This document shows, one piece after another, positions 60,007 through 64,000 of a stretch of 64,000 nt of DNA. The translations under genes were made by a program, and so were the position numbers. Position 1 is the first letter of the stretch; every line of letters starts with the position of its first letter. The stretch is from Polyangia bacterium (GTDB lineage Bacteria > Myxococcota_A > Polyangia > JAAYKL01): contig JBNKCR010000077.1 in assembly GCA_050287845.1 (NCBI GenBank), positions 23,506-87,505 of the forward strand, in the 5' to 3' direction. The notes under the pieces were generated by a model. That model was not told the DNA's origin and made no database searches. It saw nothing but the letters and a program-made list of their open reading frames with translations.

Positions 60007-61656
60007 ATGATATTCAACAGAAGATTAAAGATACACAAAAAAAACAGACGTGCGCCACGGTTCCAGCATTTCACGGGGTACCTACTGATTCTCGCCATTG
60101 CCGGCTTTGTCCTGGCCTGCGGAGCCACACCACTTCCCCGGACCGTGAAAACCGATTACGATGCGATTGTTGTCGGCGCCGGTATGGGAGGTCTTTCCGC
60201 CGGTACCCACCTTGCCCTGGCCGGAAAAAAAGTGCTGGTACTGGAGCAGCATTTCAAGGTTGGCGGGTGCGCATCTTCTTTTGTTCGCGGCGATTTCGCC
60301 TTCGATACTGCGCTTCACGAAATGTCCGTGGGGGGCGGCGACGGCGGTTTTCTCAAGGATATTATCCGCAAAGCCGGGGTGTATGACAAAGTGGAATGGA
60401 TTCGTCTGCCCAATCTGGGACGATCTCTTTTTCCCGGCACAGAAATTATGCAGACCGATGGCGTCGCCGAATTCCAGGCGGAGTTGATTTCCCACTGGCC
60501 CGAGGAAGAAGCCAACATTTTAAATTATTTTAAAATGGTTGAAAAAATGAATATGGAGGTCTCTGAGCTGCGTGGAATCGTCATGGGCAATCCCCTTAAA
60601 GCGTTGCTGACCAAAATGGCCATTCCCCTGCGCCAGCGCACCCTGGCCAAATATTACAAAAGCACGCTGCAGGAGGTGATGGATGAATATTTCCAGAACC
60701 CGCAGCTGAAAGCCGCCCTCTCTCAATTCTGGGTGTATCACGGACCGCCCCCTTCCCGGCAATGGGCCATCATTTACCTGATTGCCCAGTATTCCTACCT
60801 GAAAAACGGCGGCTGGCAGTTCAAGGGCTCGTCATCGTCTCTTTCCGATGCCTATGCTGACCGAATCCGCGAGCTGGGCGGTGAGGTGCGGACCAACACC
60901 CTGGTCACCAGAATCCTCGTTGAAGACGGTCAGGTGCGCGGGGTGGAAACCGAAGATGGCAAACAATACACCTCGCGATACGTGGTATCCAACGCCGATC
61001 CCTTTCAGACCTTTTACAAACTGGTGGGCGAAGATAAGACCCCCCGAAAAATTAAAACGCAGCTCAACGAAATGAAACCCAGCACATCACTGGCGGGGGT
61101 CTATCTCGGCCTCGATGTCCCGGCCCAATATTGGGGCATTGATGATTACGAAATCTTTTACAACAGGACCTGGGACTATGAGGAAGCGTTCGACGCCATG
61201 ATCAACGCCAGATACGATGAAGGCATCATGTCCATCACATTCTATTCCAATCTCCCTGATGACTTCTACGCTGAAAAAGACAAGGCCGCGATTGTGCTGC
61301 ACACCTACTCCGACTACGACTACTGGAGCGATGACGAAGTGATTTATGAGCAACAGAAAGAACAGATGATCAATTCCCTCATCGACATGGCCGAAGACAT
61401 CATGCCCGGAATTCGCGAGCACATCGTTTTCCAGGAGGGGATGACCCCCAAAACCATTCATCACTACACGCTCAGCTACAAAGGCTCGCCCTACGGCATG
61501 GAGTTCAATGTGGACCAGCGCAATCGGTTCGATATCGAAACCCCCATCGCCGGGCTGTACATGGCGGGGTCCTGGGCATTTCCCTCCCACAGTGTGGGAA
61601 TGGCCCAGGTGTCCGGCTTCATGGCCGCCAAAATGATCAACAAGCGCGACAGATAA
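60007..61656 (+). CDS. FAD-dependent oxidoreductase, phytoene desaturase / retinol saturase family, with lipoprotein-like leader
   Basis: VGAGMGGL, LEQH..VGG, VSNADP, TPKT..HY, GLYMAG, preceded by VLA-C. Confidence 0.88.
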   Translation: MIFNRRLKIHKKNRRAPRFQHFTGYLLILAIAGFVLACGATPLPRTVKTDYDAIVVGAGMGGLSAGTHLALAGKKVLVLEQHFKVGGCASSFVRGDFAFDTALHEMSVGGGDGGFLKDIIRKAGVYDKVEWIRLPNLGRSLFPGTEIMQTDGVAEFQAELISHWPEEEANILNYFKMVEKMNMEVSELRGIVMGNPLKALLTKMAIPLRQRTLAKYYKSTLQEVMDEYFQNPQLKAALSQFWVYHGPPPSRQWAIIYLIAQYSYLKNGGWQFKGSSSSLSDAYADRIRELGGEVRTNTLVTRILVEDGQVRGVETEDGKQYTSRYVVSNADPFQTFYKLVGEDKTPRKIKTQLNEMKPSTSLAGVYLGLDVPAQYWGIDDYEIFYNRTWDYEEAFDAMINARYDEGIMSITFYSNLPDDFYAEKDKAAIVLHTYSDYDYWSDDEVIYEQQKEQMINSLIDMAEDIMPGIREHIVFQEGMTPKTIHHYTLSYKGSPYGMEFNVDQRNRFDIETPIAGLYMAGSWAFPSHSVGMAQVSGFMAAKMINKRDR

Positions 61657-61761
61657 ACGCACAAATCGGACGCCGCCCGGGTTGACCCGCCCCAGAAAAG
61701 TGATTCTATTTCGAATAACTTTTTCAACCTTGAAGACTTCCTCATTCAAAAGGAGTACACA

Positions 61762-62343
<582 letters not shown>

Positions 62344-62440
62344 CGCGCATCCCGTTTGGCCCCCGTATCAGCGTGTTTTTTTTACCCCCCCCTACTGGAC
62401 ATTTACAGAACTTCATGATACCAACTCCCTCACTTTCCGT

Positions 62441-62525
62441 GCCAGAGTGGCGGAACTGGTAGACGCGCTGGATTCAAAATCCAGTAAGCTTTACGCTTGT
62501 GAGGGTTCAAGTCCCTCCTCTGGTA
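62441..62525 (+). tRNA. tRNA-Leu(CAA)
   Basis: Acceptor stem GCCAGAG/CTCTGGT, D-loop GG, anticodon arm ctgga-ttCAAaa-tccag, long variable arm, GTTCAAG T-loop. CCA is not encoded. Confidence 0.96.
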
Positions 62526-62526
62526 T

Positions 62527-62559
62527 AAAGCTCCGACTGATGCAGTCGGGGCTTTTTTT
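62527..62559 (+). terminator. Rho-independent terminator after tRNA-Leu
   Basis: aaagctccgactg-atg-cagtcggggct followed by a T-run. Confidence 0.85.
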
Positions 62560-62744
62560 GTTTCTAATCAACAGCTTACGGCAGGCGTGATTTTCATGAA
62601 ATTGTGTGGGTTTTTACCAAGTCCCTGACGTGGTCCCTGGATTGTGTGGGGTCCCCTGGAACCCAAAATGAAGGTTCTAACTCGGCTTCTGAAGAAAATA
62701 AAAGATTATCGCCTAGCATATGTTTGGTTGTCAGCCGGATATCA

Positions 62745-63008
62745 CTATTTGTTTTCTTCGCAATCAGTGCAATCCTGCGTCCCATTATCTTCAATACAAG
62801 AGGATTTGACCTCCTCCATGGACTGATCCTGATCTTTGGGGTCCACCCTAGGCTCTAAAAGATGGCCGGGATGTGCGGGACGCGGATGCTTACCGTTTAC
62901 AGGACCACCAGGATGTGCTGGACCGTAGGTCGGCGGATTCTTCCCTATTACTCCTGAAATTCCATTTTGACCAGGGGTCGAGGGTATTTTAATAGGTGGT
63001 TTTGGCAT
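62745..63008 (-). CDS. Small Pro/Gly/His-rich protein (87 aa), unknown function
   Basis: Strong RBS aaggag before ATG 63008. PAHPG twice, C-terminal Cys cluster. Confidence 0.55.
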   Translation of the reverse strand: MPKPPIKIPSTPGQNGISGVIGKNPPTYGPAHPGGPVNGKHPRPAHPGHLLEPRVDPKDQDQSMEEVKSSCIEDNGTQDCTDCEENK

Positions 63009-63172
63009 TCGACTCTCCTTTGAAAAAACATTATTTAGAAACTGAACCAAAAAATAGTAACAAAATATCGAAACATAATGCAATGGCTAAAGATATTCAT
63101 TGTTGTATTCTACAGAATTCAAAAAGGATGATTGATGGATAGGAAAACTCATCCCGATAGCGAAGATATTCG

Positions 63173-63871
63173 ATGTTTTTTGAGGACTCTGTTGTTGGCA
63201 ACTTCAATCATCGCCAATATAATTGCGTAACCAACGGAAGAATTATGATGAAACGAAAAATTAGCCAAGCCGAAATCGGACTACTGACTGAAAAAACAAT
63301 ACGCGACAAGATACCCAATTACCGACAAAATAGTTCAGAAATTGAAAAGACGACGAATCATATCATCAACTTGTTCTGCATGGAACTGCCGCCCGCGTCT
63401 CCCCGACTGTTTTCGAAGAACAAAATAGGCTCGCCGGTTACATATCAAGATGGATTTGAAGACTTCCTGATTTCGGTTCCAGGAACGAAGGGCACAAGCT
63501 TCTTCGTTGTTCACGAGACAGATTTACAATTATTTAGTGCAACTCTAGACGTTGTACTGGAAGCAGTTTTGTCCCTTCTGCCGAAAATGATTAGTACAAC
63601 CATACCAAAATTATTTTTTTTGGCTTACAAAGCTAACCAAAAGGGAGCACTTCTTTCGTGGCAACAAGGCATCATATTGATGATTCTTCGTAAATCCAAA
63701 AGTGCTCACAAAGACACATACCCTATAGGCCTAACAACGAAACAAATTCAAGATTCGATAAATCAGTTGGTAAACGACCACTGGTCGCTTGACGAAATCA
63801 ACAATATTCTTCACCAAGAGCTAACCCAAGTAACACTGCGCGATGGCACATCAACGAATCTAGTGTTGTGA
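63173..63871 (+). CDS. Hypothetical protein in AT-rich DNA, possibly truncated at the 3' end by an IS insertion
   Basis: 232-codon ORF (alternative start ATG 63245). The stop falls just after the putative IS left end at ctagtg. Confidence 0.6.
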   Translation: MFFEDSVVGNFNHRQYNCVTNGRIMMKRKISQAEIGLLTEKTIRDKIPNYRQNSSEIEKTTNHIINLFCMELPPASPRLFSKNKIGSPVTYQDGFEDFLISVPGTKGTSFFVVHETDLQLFSATLDVVLEAVLSLLPKMISTTIPKLFFLAYKANQKGALLSWQQGIILMILRKSKSAHKDTYPIGLTTKQIQDSINQLVNDHWSLDEINNILHQELTQVTLRDGTSTNLVL

Positions 63872-64000
63872 TTTAAAATTAATGGGCATTATGTATCTTT
63901 TGGGACGCTGCTGTGTTATATTGGCGTCTGGAGGTACGCCGATGCGAGTTGCGCCAGAAATTAAACTTACACCAAAAGAAACAGAGACTCTTCAACAATG
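63863..64000 (+). mobile_element. Left end of an IS630-family insertion sequence (transposase starts at 63942 and runs off the window)
   Basis: RBS ggaggt, then MRVAPEIKLTPKETETLQQ, which resembles IS630 transposase N-termini. The element appears to begin after a TA dinucleotide (63861-63862). Confidence 0.6.

Noticed and set aside
63869..63871. TGA read-through or selenocysteine in the last hypothetical ORF
   Set aside because: There is no redox-motif context, and the stop is better explained by the IS boundary.

Overview
This is bacterial chromosomal DNA. The gene content (Asp/Thr-repeat lipoproteins, a TPR/PEGA protein, a Hanks kinase, DUF3373, IorAB) suggests a deltaproteobacterial or Myxococcota-like organism; that placement is inference. 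Routine content: a PAS histidine kinase, zwf-pgl-gnd, an M16 peptidase pair, DTW and PrsW proteins, crcB-DUF190, ampG, cysK, tolA-tolB and tRNA-Leu(CAA). The tRNA is followed by AT-rich DNA that ends in the start of an IS630-like element. Three systems stand out. (1) A ~15 kb eight-gene lipid/polyketide cluster (28.3-43.2 kb) is built around an iterative PKS with the order KS-AT-KS-ACP-ACP-KR-DH. Both internal ACPs have Thr at the phosphopantetheine Ser position, and the cluster also holds a CoA ligase, an aminotransferase, a PPTase, a hydrolase, a free ACP and two non-canonical FabH-like enzymes. (2) A membrane Ser/Thr kinase carries a C-terminal CxxCH heme-c domain and sits directly upstream of a DUF3373-type outer-membrane barrel, making it a candidate heme/redox-sensing kinase. 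(3) IorA is fused to a GltD-like flavoprotein. All family calls come from reading motifs by eye; no database search was run.
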